In this document: one piece after another, positions 38,491 through 47,142 of the stretch
Numbering within the stretch: position 1 is the first letter of the stretch
Layout of the letters: the number at the start of each line of letters is the position of its first letter
From: a bacterium
GTDB taxonomy: Bacteria > UBA8248 > JACPRG01 > G963555815
Direction of reading: 5' to 3'
NCBI GenBank assembly: GCA_963555815.3
Contig: CAUVWX020000001.1
Location: forward strand, 224,001-288,000
DNA: 64,000 nucleotides
Made by a program: the position numbers and the translations under genes
The notes under the pieces: model-generated
The model's database searches: none
Told to the model about the DNA's origin: nothing
Seen by the model: the letters and a program-made list of their open reading frames with translations, nothing else

Positions 38491-40065
38491 CTACTGCGCC
38501 CCTTCGGTCTCACGGAGAGGGATGTCTCCCGGGGATTCCTTTTCCAGCTCCTGCACAGCCGCCTCCAGGACCGACATGGCGATCTCGATCTCGCGGCGCC
38601 GGACATCGAGGGGTGGGAGGAACCGAAGACCTCTCTCCCCACATCCAAGGGTCAGGAGGCCCCGCCTAAAGGCCACCTGGACCAGGGCGTCTCTGAGCTC
38701 TTCCGTCGGAAGGTCTATCGCCGCCATAAGGCCAAGAGCTCTCGGATTGCAGACGACGGGGTGTCTCTCCGCCGTCTCCTGGAGCTGACTGAGAAGGAAG
38801 TTCCCCTGAGCCTTGACGTTCTCCAGAAGCCCTTCTTCTTCGATGACCTCAACCGTCCTGCACCCGACGGAGGTGGCCAAGGCCCCTCCTCCCCAGGTGG
38901 TGGAGAGAACGCCAGGCGTCACGGGAAAGTCCCGGCGCTTTCCTATGACCGCCCCCACCCGAAGGGCTTTGGCCGAAGTAATCAGGTCCGGCTTGACTCC
39001 GAAGTGTTCGCAGGCCCACCAACAGCCTGTCCTCCCCAGGCCTGCCTGGATCTCGTCCATGATCAGGAGGGCTCCATGCGCCTGGGTAAAAGCGGCCACT
39101 TTCGTCAGAAATCCCGGCTCGGGAAAGACAAATCCCCCCTCTCCCTGGATGGGCTCCAGTATCACAAAGGCCAGGAGCTCTCGGGGGATCTTCCTTTCTT
39201 CGAAGACGGTCCGGGCGAGCCTCTCTTCCCGAAGCAAGACGGTCAGAGGAGTCGGATCGATAAGAGACTCAAGATTGGGGTCATTGAAAGAAAAATGTCT
39301 GATCCACCGTAAGGTGGAGAGGCCTTCCTTATGGATTCGCCTGCTGTGGGTGGCGGAAAGGACGTCTAGGGTGCGCCCATGAAACCCCCCCCGGGCGGCC
39401 AGCCCAAAGAAGGGATAATCCTCGTAGAGACCAGGAAAGACGGGATTCTCCTGGATTCCCATCTGGTGGAAGAGCTGGCGAAAGCCTCCCTCTCCCAGCG
39501 CTGCCCGGACATGACGAAACCGCCGATGGAGGGCGATCTTGATGGCGTTCGAGGCGGCCTCGGCGCCGGAATTGGTGAAGAAGACACAATCGAACCCGAA
39601 GGGCCGGGCCGTCTCCAGAAGACGCTCCTGGAGATGGCCTGGGGTCCGAACTTTCAGAGCCCCTCGGGGCTCCGAAACGGCTTCACCAGGCGGAAGGGGA
39701 CCGTCCGGCGAAGAACCCGCCGCCAGATAGGCGTCGTGGTAGGCGGGCTTGAAGGGGTCAAAAGGAATCCCGCAGTCCTGAAGGATGGTCTGGTGGTTAT
39801 ATCCCAGGGGGGCTGCCGCCACGTGGCTGTGAAAATCGAGCAAGACGTTTCCATCCGGGTCGCTGCAGAAGGGACCCTCGGCGGGAGCCAGGACGTCCCA
39901 CACAAAGGGGTAGGGATGGGTGGAGGGGGCGGCGTAGCGCACATAGTGCTCGACCCACCGCCTGGCCCTAGGGCCGGGTAGCTCCGTCCTGAGATGAATC
40001 TCAGCCTTCTCTCGCCAGGCGGCGGGGAAGACATCTGACTTCTCCGGTACGACCCCTTTCAACAT
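38491..40065 (-). CDS. Class III PLP aminotransferase with insertions
   Basis: NSGAEA, FHGRT, EPIQGEGG, DEIQAGLGRTG, PDLITSAK, STTWGG. Confidence 0.9.
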   Translation of the reverse strand: MLKGVVPEKSDVFPAAWREKAEIHLRTELPGPRARRWVEHYVRYAAPSTHPYPFVWDVLAPAEGPFCSDPDGNVLLDFHSHVAAAPLGYNHQTILQDCGIPFDPFKPAYHDAYLAAGSSPDGPLPPGEAVSEPRGALKVRTPGHLQERLLETARPFGFDCVFFTNSGAEAASNAIKIALHRRFRHVRAALGEGGFRQLFHQMGIQENPVFPGLYEDYPFFGLAARGGFHGRTLDVLSATHSRRIHKEGLSTLRWIRHFSFNDPNLESLIDPTPLTVLLREERLARTVFEERKIPRELLAFVILEPIQGEGGFVFPEPGFLTKVAAFTQAHGALLIMDEIQAGLGRTGCWWACEHFGVKPDLITSAKALRVGAVIGKRRDFPVTPGVLSTTWGGGALATSVGCRTVEVIEEEGLLENVKAQGNFLLSQLQETAERHPVVCNPRALGLMAAIDLPTEELRDALVQVAFRRGLLTLGCGERGLRFLPPLDVRRREIEIAMSVLEAAVQELEKESPGDIPLRETEGAQ

Positions 40066-40239
40066 CCACTCTCAAAGGAGAAAAAAGCCTCTTTCCTGCA
40101 GCGCCGAGCAACCCTTGAACAGGGCTCGGCACCCAGTCCTAATTCCTGCACTATATATGTCCTTCCCTTCCCATGGATAGATTATTTTTCAACCCGGCAC
40201 CCCCTAAGCCAGCCCCCATATCTTGTCACCCTCTCCGCC

Positions 40240-40485
40240 TTAGCCGCGCCCTACCCCAGGCTTAAAAGCCTTGGCACACCGCTGGCTGCAAAAGAGGCGC
40301 CCCCGACGGGTGACGGCCATCGACCGAGGTACGTAGGTGCCGCACACCGGGTCCTGAACCAACTCCTCTTCCTGGGACTTCGAATGACCACCCCCTTGCG
40401 CCCTCGGCGACCTGAAAGACCGATACATCCACCGAATAGCCCAAAAGAGGAGATAGCCCAGAAAAAGATAGAGGAAAAATCGCAT
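40240..40485 (-). CDS. Small membrane-anchored YHS/TRASH domain protein
   Basis: N-terminal TM, LVQDPVCGTYVP..FCSQRC. Confidence 0.8.
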   Translation of the reverse strand: MRFFLYLFLGYLLFWAIRWMYRSFRSPRAQGGGHSKSQEEELVQDPVCGTYVPRSMAVTRRGRLFCSQRCAKAFKPGVGRG

Positions 40486-40639
40486 GGCCTGGACCCGGAG
40501 CCTATAGGATCATTTCCGCTCTTCGCCCTGGAGGGGCGGCCTCACCACCAAAATGCCAGAGAGGACCGGCCCGTGCAAGGTTGAATTGGAGGGCGATGGG
40601 CTCGGGGCGATATAAGCTCAACTGAAACGAACGAGAGAT

Positions 40640-42451
40640 CTAACGGCCCTCAAGCTCGTGGAGGAAGTTTTGAACCTGTTGAGCGTGAGGGGCTCCTATC
40701 TTTCGGAATATCTGGAGGGCCTCTCTCGTGTAGAGGATGGCTTGGCCCGTTGAACCCTGACTGTCTGCGATGACAGCAAGGTTGAAAAGGGTCTCGGCGA
40801 CACCCAATTCGTTGTCAAGCCCTCTGCTGATCTCCAGGCTCTCCTGGTAGAAGCTCCTGGCCTCTTCATAGCGCCCCTGCCTTCTCGCGACAATCCCCAG
40901 GTTGTTCAGCGTCTCCCCAACACCTCGTACGTCCCCAATTCTCCTTCTGACCTCCAGGGCCTCCTGGTAAAACCGCTCGGCCTCATCAAAGCGCCCCTGC
41001 GTCCAGGCGACATTGCCGAGGTTATGCAGCGTCCTTCCGACAAACACATGGTTGCCAAGTTCTCTATTGATTTTTAGGCTCTCCTGGTAGAGAACCTCGG
41101 CTTCATCGTAGCGCCCGCGTCTCCAGACGAGTATTCCCAGGTTACTCAGCGTCTCCCCGACACCTTGCTGATCGCCAACCCTTCTTCGAACGGTCAAGCT
41201 CTCCAGCAAAAGCCTCTCGGCCTCTTCGTAGCGCCCGCGTCTTGCGTCGGCTATCCCCAGGTTGTTCAGCGCTTCTCCGACGCCCCGCTCATCTCCAATT
41301 CTTCTTCTGATCTCCAAGCTTTCCTGGTAAAGCTCCCCGGCCTCGTCATATCGCCCACGACCTTCAGCGACATCGCCAAGGCTGTTCAGTGTCTTTGCAA
41401 CGCCCGTCTCATTGCCCGTCTTCTTTCTAATCTCCAGGCTTTCCTGATAGAGACTCTCGGCCTCTTCGTAGCGCCCCAGGGTCCGGGCGATTAAGCCAAG
41501 GTTATTCAGGGTCACCGAAACCCCGGGCTCATCGCCGATCCTCCTCCTAATCTCCAGGCCCTCTTCGAGGAGCTCCACACCCTCCTCGTAACGCCCGCGG
41601 CTCACGGCGACCAACCCCAGGCTATTGAGGATGCCTGCTCTCCCCTTCTCATCTCCCTTCTTCGTGAAAAGCGAAAGGGCACGGCGCTCGGCCTCCTCCG
41701 CCTCGTCCCATCTCTCGTCTTTTGTAAGGATAGTCCCAAACCCTTGCCAGGCTTCAGGGTAGTCCGGGTCGAGGGAAAGGGCCGCTCGGTAGAGGCCTAT
41801 GGCGTCGGCTGAGCGGTTTTGCTCATTCGCCTCGTTTCCTTTGGCAAACAAGGCATAGGCATCCAGACTCTTGGCGGGCGGGCTTTGAACCCTCTCCTTC
41901 GTTTCCTCGGAAACCTCTATCCTCTCGTCTGCAGGTGAAGAGGCCACCTTGCCGTTAATCACTCTGCGGTTCATGACCTCAACGGCCCCAAGGGAAAGCG
42001 CTGTGAGGGCCTCAAAGAGACGGTCATCCAGGGGGCTGACGTGGTTTAAGTCTCCAAGAAGTGCCCCTGTTTCAACGTCTACAAGACGAAGGCTGAACTC
42101 GGCGCTTCCAACCACGGCGGCAAAGGAGCCAAGAATGACGACCTTCGCTCCAAGAAATCCTCCAACCCGCGCGGCCTTATCCGGGTTGAAGAGGTCGGAA
42201 CGTTGAAGGCGGAGATCCTGAACGAGCTTTTTCCACTGGGCCCGCTCAATCACCTGGACACCGGGGACCTCGGAGATCTTCCCGGCGAGGGTTTCGGGCA
42301 CGTTGAGGCCGATCCAGGAGTACTTCTCCCTCGTCTCAGCGTTAGACCGGTTCTCAAAGTCAAGGACAGCGACCCGACGGGCCGCCTCGGCAGGAAGGAC
42401 AAAGAGAAGAAAGTTCAAAATAACGAGAATGAAAATTCGGCGAATGACCAA
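40640..42451 (-). CDS. Secreted TPR protein with CsgG/TolB_N-like N-terminal domain (paralog B, eight 40-aa repeats)
   Basis: RRVAVLDFEN, YSWIGLNVPETLAGKISEVPGVQ shared with 27953-29389; TTG start chosen from a GGGAG RBS. Confidence 0.85.
   Translation of the reverse strand: MVIRRIFILVILNFLLFVLPAEAARRVAVLDFENRSNAETREKYSWIGLNVPETLAGKISEVPGVQVIERAQWKKLVQDLRLQRSDLFNPDKAARVGGFLGAKVVILGSFAAVVGSAEFSLRLVDVETGALLGDLNHVSPLDDRLFEALTALSLGAVEVMNRRVINGKVASSPADERIEVSEETKERVQSPPAKSLDAYALFAKGNEANEQNRSADAIGLYRAALSLDPDYPEAWQGFGTILTKDERWDEAEEAERRALSLFTKKGDEKGRAGILNSLGLVAVSRGRYEEGVELLEEGLEIRRRIGDEPGVSVTLNNLGLIARTLGRYEEAESLYQESLEIRKKTGNETGVAKTLNSLGDVAEGRGRYDEAGELYQESLEIRRRIGDERGVGEALNNLGIADARRGRYEEAERLLLESLTVRRRVGDQQGVGETLSNLGILVWRRGRYDEAEVLYQESLKINRELGNHVFVGRTLHNLGNVAWTQGRFDEAERFYQEALEVRRRIGDVRGVGETLNNLGIVARRQGRYEEARSFYQESLEISRGLDNELGVAETLFNLAVIADSQGSTGQAILYTREALQIFRKIGAPHAQQVQNFLHELEGR
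40770..41650 (-). repeat. 120-bp imperfect tandem coding repeats
   Basis: tctccaggctctcctggtag-like core recurs at 40831, 40951, 41071, 41191, 41311, 41431 and 41551. Confidence 0.88.
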
Positions 42452-42758
42452 CAGGGATATCTCCCGAAAAGAGATCTTGATGCTACAGGGCGCGGCAAGA
42501 TCGGGACAAGGCGTTTCTGAGACAGACCGGCCCGGGGGAGATACGAAGCCCAGCCCCGCGTGAAAAACTGACAGAATGAGAAGCGGATGGGGGGCAGGAT
42601 GAGACCGGCTAGTGATATATTGATCAATAAAACAATAAGTTAGTGGAACTATAGGTTTTATATATCTTTTATACAAATATTATCAATATTTCCAATTTGT
42701 AATACGCCGGTGAGTCAGTATATTTGGGCGGACTTTCTCCAAAATCGGGGGGGATGCG

Positions 42759-43637
42759 GTGAAAAGTGTGAGGCCATTTTCAAAAACATCGTGCGCAACG
42801 CTCCTCTTTCTCTTGAGCCTCTTTTCGGCCTCTTTCCTCTTCGCCGAGAAACCCAAGATTCTTCGTGTCTCAGCCATCCCCGACGAAAACCCCACAGAGC
42901 TCCTTCGCAAAAACGCGCCCCTTGTCCAATATCTTGAAAAGGAGCTCGGCATGAAGGTGGAGTTCACCCCCCTGGTGAACTATGCCGCCACTGTAGAAGC
43001 CCTCGCCGCAGGGAAGCTGGACCTCGTCTGGTACGGTGGTTTCACCCATGTCCAGGCAAGGCAAAGGACGGGAGACGCCCTGGCGATCGTGATGCGCACG
43101 GAGGACGCCAGTTTTCACTCCAAGTTCATCGCCCGAAAGGACTCGGGTATTCGGTCCCTAAAGGACCTCAAGGGCAAGACCTTCGCCTTCGGGAGCGTGA
43201 GCTCCACCTCCGGCCACCTCATGCCCCGCCATTTCCTTCTCCAGGAGGGGATCGTCCCCGAGCGGGACTTCGCGAGGTTCAGTTACAGCGGCGCCCATGA
43301 CGCGACGGCCAAGTGGGTGGAGGCGGGCCAAGTGGACGCAGGGGCCCTCAACGAGGCGGTCTGGGAGAGGCTCGTTCAAGAGGGCAAGGTGGACGTGGAC
43401 AAGGTGGAGGTCTTTTGGACGACCCCTGACTATGTGGACTACAACTGGACGGCCCGGGGGGGCTTGGACCGGAAGCTGGTCAGCCGGATCGTCTGGGCCT
43501 TTTTGAACCTGGATTACTCAAACCCAGAGCACAAAGAAATCCTGGACCTTCAGCGGACCAAGGGCTACATCCTGGCCACGGAAGATGATTTCACCGGGAT
43601 TGAGGCCGCCGCAAAGGCGACAGGACTCCTGAAATAG
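42759..43637 (+). CDS. PhnD-family oxyanion-binding protein (putative selenate-transporter subfamily)
   Basis: SAIPDENPTEL, DLVWYGGFT.VQAR, FGS.SSTSGHLMPR, SGAHDAT, DYNWT. Confidence 0.85.
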   Translation: MKSVRPFSKTSCATLLFLLSLFSASFLFAEKPKILRVSAIPDENPTELLRKNAPLVQYLEKELGMKVEFTPLVNYAATVEALAAGKLDLVWYGGFTHVQARQRTGDALAIVMRTEDASFHSKFIARKDSGIRSLKDLKGKTFAFGSVSSTSGHLMPRHFLLQEGIVPERDFARFSYSGAHDATAKWVEAGQVDAGALNEAVWERLVQEGKVDVDKVEVFWTTPDYVDYNWTARGGLDRKLVSRIVWAFLNLDYSNPEHKEILDLQRTKGYILATEDDFTGIEAAAKATGLLK

Positions 43638-43692
43638 GGTTTTCCCATTTGGGCTTCCATCTCTCGTCTTCAGACTGAAGGACGCGAACATC

Positions 43693-44496
43693 TTGTTCTT
43701 GCTTCAAGGGGTGGATAAAAAATTTCGTCGGGGGGAAGTCGCCCTCCACGGGGTGGACCTTTCCATCGGCCCCGGCGAGCGGGTGGCCTTTATCGGACCC
43801 AGCGGGGCCGGAAAGACCACCCTCTTCCGGATCCTGAATTTCAGTCTCCGGCCCTCCCAGGGCAAGGTCTTCTTCGAAGGAAGCCTGGTGGATGGAATCG
43901 GCGGAAGACGTCTTCGGCGGTTGAGGCGAAAGATCGGAACTATCTACCAGCACCACAACCTGGTCCCAAGACTTCGGGTCGTCCACAACGTGCTGGCCGG
44001 CCGTCTTGGAGCCTGGTCCACCCCTCGGGCCCTCCTCTCGCTCGTCCGTCCCGCGGAGGTGGACCTCGCCTACTCGGCCCTCCTCCAGGTGGGCATCCCA
44101 CAAAAACTCTTTGCCCGGACCGATGAGCTTTCCGGGGGGCAGCAGCAGCGGGTCGCCATCGCCCGGGTGCTCCTTCAGGATCCCGCTTGCATCCTGGCTG
44201 ACGAGCCCGTCTCCTCGGTGGACCCCTCCCTGGCAAAGCGGATTGTCCGCCTCCTCATCGACCTCAGTTCTAAGCAGGCGAAAACCCTCGCCATGAATCT
44301 TCACAACGTGGACTTGGCCCTCGCCCATTTCCCCCGGGTCATCGGCCTCAAGGATGGGCAGATTCTCTTTGACAAAGAGCCCCAGTCCATCACGCCAGAG
44401 GATCTGAAGGCCCTCTTCCCCACCCCCACAGAGGGGGCCGGCATCCTCTCTACGGAGCAGGCCTATCTTGAGCGCCCGTTCGTGGCCCGCATCTAG
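43693..44496 (+). CDS. phnC: PhnC-like ABC ATPase
   Basis: GPSGAGKTT, NVLAGRLG, LSGGQQQRVAIAR, ADEPVSS.DP. Confidence 0.88.
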   Translation: MFLLQGVDKKFRRGEVALHGVDLSIGPGERVAFIGPSGAGKTTLFRILNFSLRPSQGKVFFEGSLVDGIGGRRLRRLRRKIGTIYQHHNLVPRLRVVHNVLAGRLGAWSTPRALLSLVRPAEVDLAYSALLQVGIPQKLFARTDELSGGQQQRVAIARVLLQDPACILADEPVSSVDPSLAKRIVRLLIDLSSKQAKTLAMNLHNVDLALAHFPRVIGLKDGQILFDKEPQSITPEDLKALFPTPTEGAGILSTEQAYLERPFVARI

Positions 44497-45316
44497 GCCT
44501 CGCCGCCTAGGCCTTTTCCTCCTTCTTCTCTTTCTCCTATCCCTCGTCGTGAGCTACCGCGCCGCTGAGGTGAGACCCTTTCAGCTTTTTTTTGGAGAGG
44601 GCCGGGACAATCTCCTGGTCTTTGTCCGGGGAATGTTCCCTCCGGACTTTTCGCCGGACTTCCTTCGTTTCATCCTGCGTCCGACGCTGGAGACGATTCA
44701 GATCTCCGTCATGGGGACTGCCCTCGCCATCCTCATCGGGTTTCCCCTCTCCCTCCTGGCGGCGAGCAACCTTACCTTTCGGGGGGTCCTCCATGAGGCC
44801 GAGACGGGAAGACATCCTTGGTCTCGGGCCCTTCGCGCCGTCCCTTACTTCCTCGCCAGGGCCATCCTCAATTTCTTTCGGGCCGTCCCAGAGTTCGTCT
44901 GGGCCCTTCTCTTCGTCCGTGCCGTAGGCCTTGGACCTCTCCCCGGGGTCCTGGCCATCGGGGTGGGCTATGGGGGGATCTTGGGGAAGATCTACGCGGA
45001 GATCTTCGAGGGGGTGGACCCCCGGCCCATCGAAGCCTTTCAGTCCACAGGGGCCTCCCGCCCCTCCATCTTCCTCTACGGCTTTCTGCCCCAGGCCTTC
45101 CCGAACCTACTCTCCTACTCCCTCTATCGCTGGGAATGCGCCATCCGGGCGGCGGCCATCTTGGGGTTTGTGGGAGCCGGGGGGATTGGCCAGCAGATCG
45201 AGCTTTCCCTTCGAATGTTCAATCACCAAGAGGTGGTCACCCTCATCCTTGTCCTCCTTCTTCTTATCTCCGGTGTGGAACAGCTGAGCGCTTTCCTGAG
45301 AAGGCAGATCGCCTGA
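44468..45316 (+). CDS. phnE: PhnE-like permease 1
   Basis: RAVPE.VWALLF..AVGLGP, GKIYAE, LYRWE..IR.A.ILG.VGAGGIG. Confidence 0.88.
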   Translation: MSARSWPASRPRRLGLFLLLLFLLSLVVSYRAAEVRPFQLFFGEGRDNLLVFVRGMFPPDFSPDFLRFILRPTLETIQISVMGTALAILIGFPLSLLAASNLTFRGVLHEAETGRHPWSRALRAVPYFLARAILNFFRAVPEFVWALLFVRAVGLGPLPGVLAIGVGYGGILGKIYAEIFEGVDPRPIEAFQSTGASRPSIFLYGFLPQAFPNLLSYSLYRWECAIRAAAILGFVGAGGIGQQIELSLRMFNHQEVVTLILVLLLLISGVEQLSAFLRRQIA

Positions 45317-46161
45317 TGGCATCTACCATCCCCCAGAGATCCCGGCCCGCTGTCCTCGCCTGGGCCATGCCCGGATTCCTCCTCGCCCTTTTTATCTGGA
45401 GCTACCTGGGGGTGGGGGGAAACCTCGGCGAACTTTTTGGGCCCGAAGGAAGGGCCGGGATGGCGGACTATGTCAAGCGCCTCTATCCTCCGAACCTCGA
45501 AGGGGAATTTTTGTTGGAGGTCGGGAAGGCGGCCCTCGAGACCCTGTCCATTTCTTTCATGGGCACCTTCATCGCGGCTCTCTTGGGCGGGGCACTGGTC
45601 TTCCTCGCCTCGTCAAACCTCATGTTCAGCGGAATCCTCTTTGAAAGGGAGGGAGGATGGGGTCTTGCCAGAGGTTTTAGGATGGCCCTCTTCGGGCTCT
45701 CTCGGGCGATCCTCAGCATCCTGAGATCCATCCCCGAGATCGTTCTCGCCATGATCTTCATCTTCGCGGTGGGCCTCGGCCCCTTCCCGGGGGTCCTGGC
45801 CCTGGGGCTCCACACCGGAGGCGTCCTCGGAAAACTTTTCTCGGAGGTGGTCGAGGACATCGACTCGCGCCCCCTGGAATCCCTTCAGGCAACAGGGGCC
45901 TCAAGATTGAAGATCCTTCTCTACGGCGTTCTCCCCCAGGTGCTGCCCCAGTTCCTCTCTTACACCCTCTATCGCTGGGAGGTGAACATCCGGACAGCGG
46001 CCATCCTGGGAATCGTGGGGGCGGGGGGAATTGGACTAAAGCTTCACATCGCCGTCTCTCTCTTCCTCGAGGATCAGCTCCTCACCCTCATCGCCGTCCT
46101 CTTCGCCATGGTCACGGCGGTGGACTACCTGAGCCACGCCGTTCGAAAGAGACTCATTTAA
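45316..46161 (+). CDS. phnE: PhnE-like permease 2
   Basis: Same motifs; true start ATG 45316 overlaps the upstream TGA (the ORF-track extension to 44818 is spurious). Confidence 0.88.
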   Translation: MASTIPQRSRPAVLAWAMPGFLLALFIWSYLGVGGNLGELFGPEGRAGMADYVKRLYPPNLEGEFLLEVGKAALETLSISFMGTFIAALLGGALVFLASSNLMFSGILFEREGGWGLARGFRMALFGLSRAILSILRSIPEIVLAMIFIFAVGLGPFPGVLALGLHTGGVLGKLFSEVVEDIDSRPLESLQATGASRLKILLYGVLPQVLPQFLSYTLYRWEVNIRTAAILGIVGAGGIGLKLHIAVSLFLEDQLLTLIAVLFAMVTAVDYLSHAVRKRLI

Positions 46162-46197
46162 GTTCCCCCCTCAACGTCTTCAGCGTCTTCAGTGTAT

Positions 46198-46935
46198 TTA
46201 ACGGGTGAGCCCGAGCTTCTTGAGAAGCGGGCCAAGGTCGAGATGTGCCTCAACGGCCTGAATGAGGGTGGAGACAGCGGGGGTATGGGCCTTCCTCGAA
46301 GGGACCTCGGTGAGGTGGGGAAGAACACCCAGGACAGGGATCTCCGTGAGACTTTTCAGGATTTCAAAGTTTGTCTCCTCAGCGGGGCTCGAGGAAGGGG
46401 ACGTGGCGCTCAAGACGATGCCGAGAATTTCTAAACCCCTTCGCGCCGCCGTCTCGACGGTGAGCAGGGTGTGGTTCAGCGTGCCAAGGCCAAGGCGTCC
46501 CACGACGAGAAGGGGAAGATTCAAACGAAGGGCCAGATCGGAGACTAAAAAATCCCGGCGGATGGGGACGAGAAGACCCCCTATTCCCTCGACCAGCGTC
46601 ACGTCATGAGCCAAGCGGAGTTCGTCATAGGCCGAGCAAATCCGCTCGAGGTCGATCTCGACTCCACTCCGCCCGGCGGCGATGAAAGGAGCAAGGGACT
46701 CCTCGAAGCGGTAGGGGCAGACGACGTCCAGCGGGGCGTCGCAACCCGCCATCTCCTTGACAAAGAGGGCGTCCGGCGGGACGAGGCGTCCTTCTTCCCG
46801 CGGACACCCACTCTCCGCAGGCTTCATGGCCCCGACGCGATAGCCTCTCTTCCTCAGGGCGCCGGCAATCCCCCCCGCCACAAGGGTTTTTCCCACATCG
46901 GTGTCCGTCCCGGCGATGAGAAGTCCTTTGCCCAT
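46198..46935 (-). CDS. bioD: Dethiobiotin synthase
   Basis: GTDTDVGKT, KPAESG, VEG.GGL.VP, LGTLNHTLLT; it is the 3' part of the 776-aa track ORF. Confidence 0.93.
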   Translation of the reverse strand: MGKGLLIAGTDTDVGKTLVAGGIAGALRKRGYRVGAMKPAESGCPREEGRLVPPDALFVKEMAGCDAPLDVVCPYRFEESLAPFIAAGRSGVEIDLERICSAYDELRLAHDVTLVEGIGGLLVPIRRDFLVSDLALRLNLPLLVVGRLGLGTLNHTLLTVETAARRGLEILGIVLSATSPSSSPAEETNFEILKSLTEIPVLGVLPHLTEVPSRKAHTPAVSTLIQAVEAHLDLGPLLKKLGLTR

Positions 46936-47142
46936 GATCGAAATCACCTCTCCGTTGACCCCCGAATCCCTCCACTCTATACTGATTTTTTTGCTTTTGA
47001 TGCCCCGATTTGCCGATGGGCCCGACAAAAGATTGCCGAGTCGTCCTGTGTAAAAAATTCCTTTGTCGTAGATTTCGAAGCCGCCCGGTTCCTGCCAGAA
47101 AAAGGGCGGCCAAGGCAATGGAAAACCTGACGGGGGAAGACG

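Noticed and set aside
40770..41650. Regular repeats as CRISPR or DGR
   Set aside because: In-frame 120-bp TPR coding repeats; no unique spacers, cas or reverse transcriptase.
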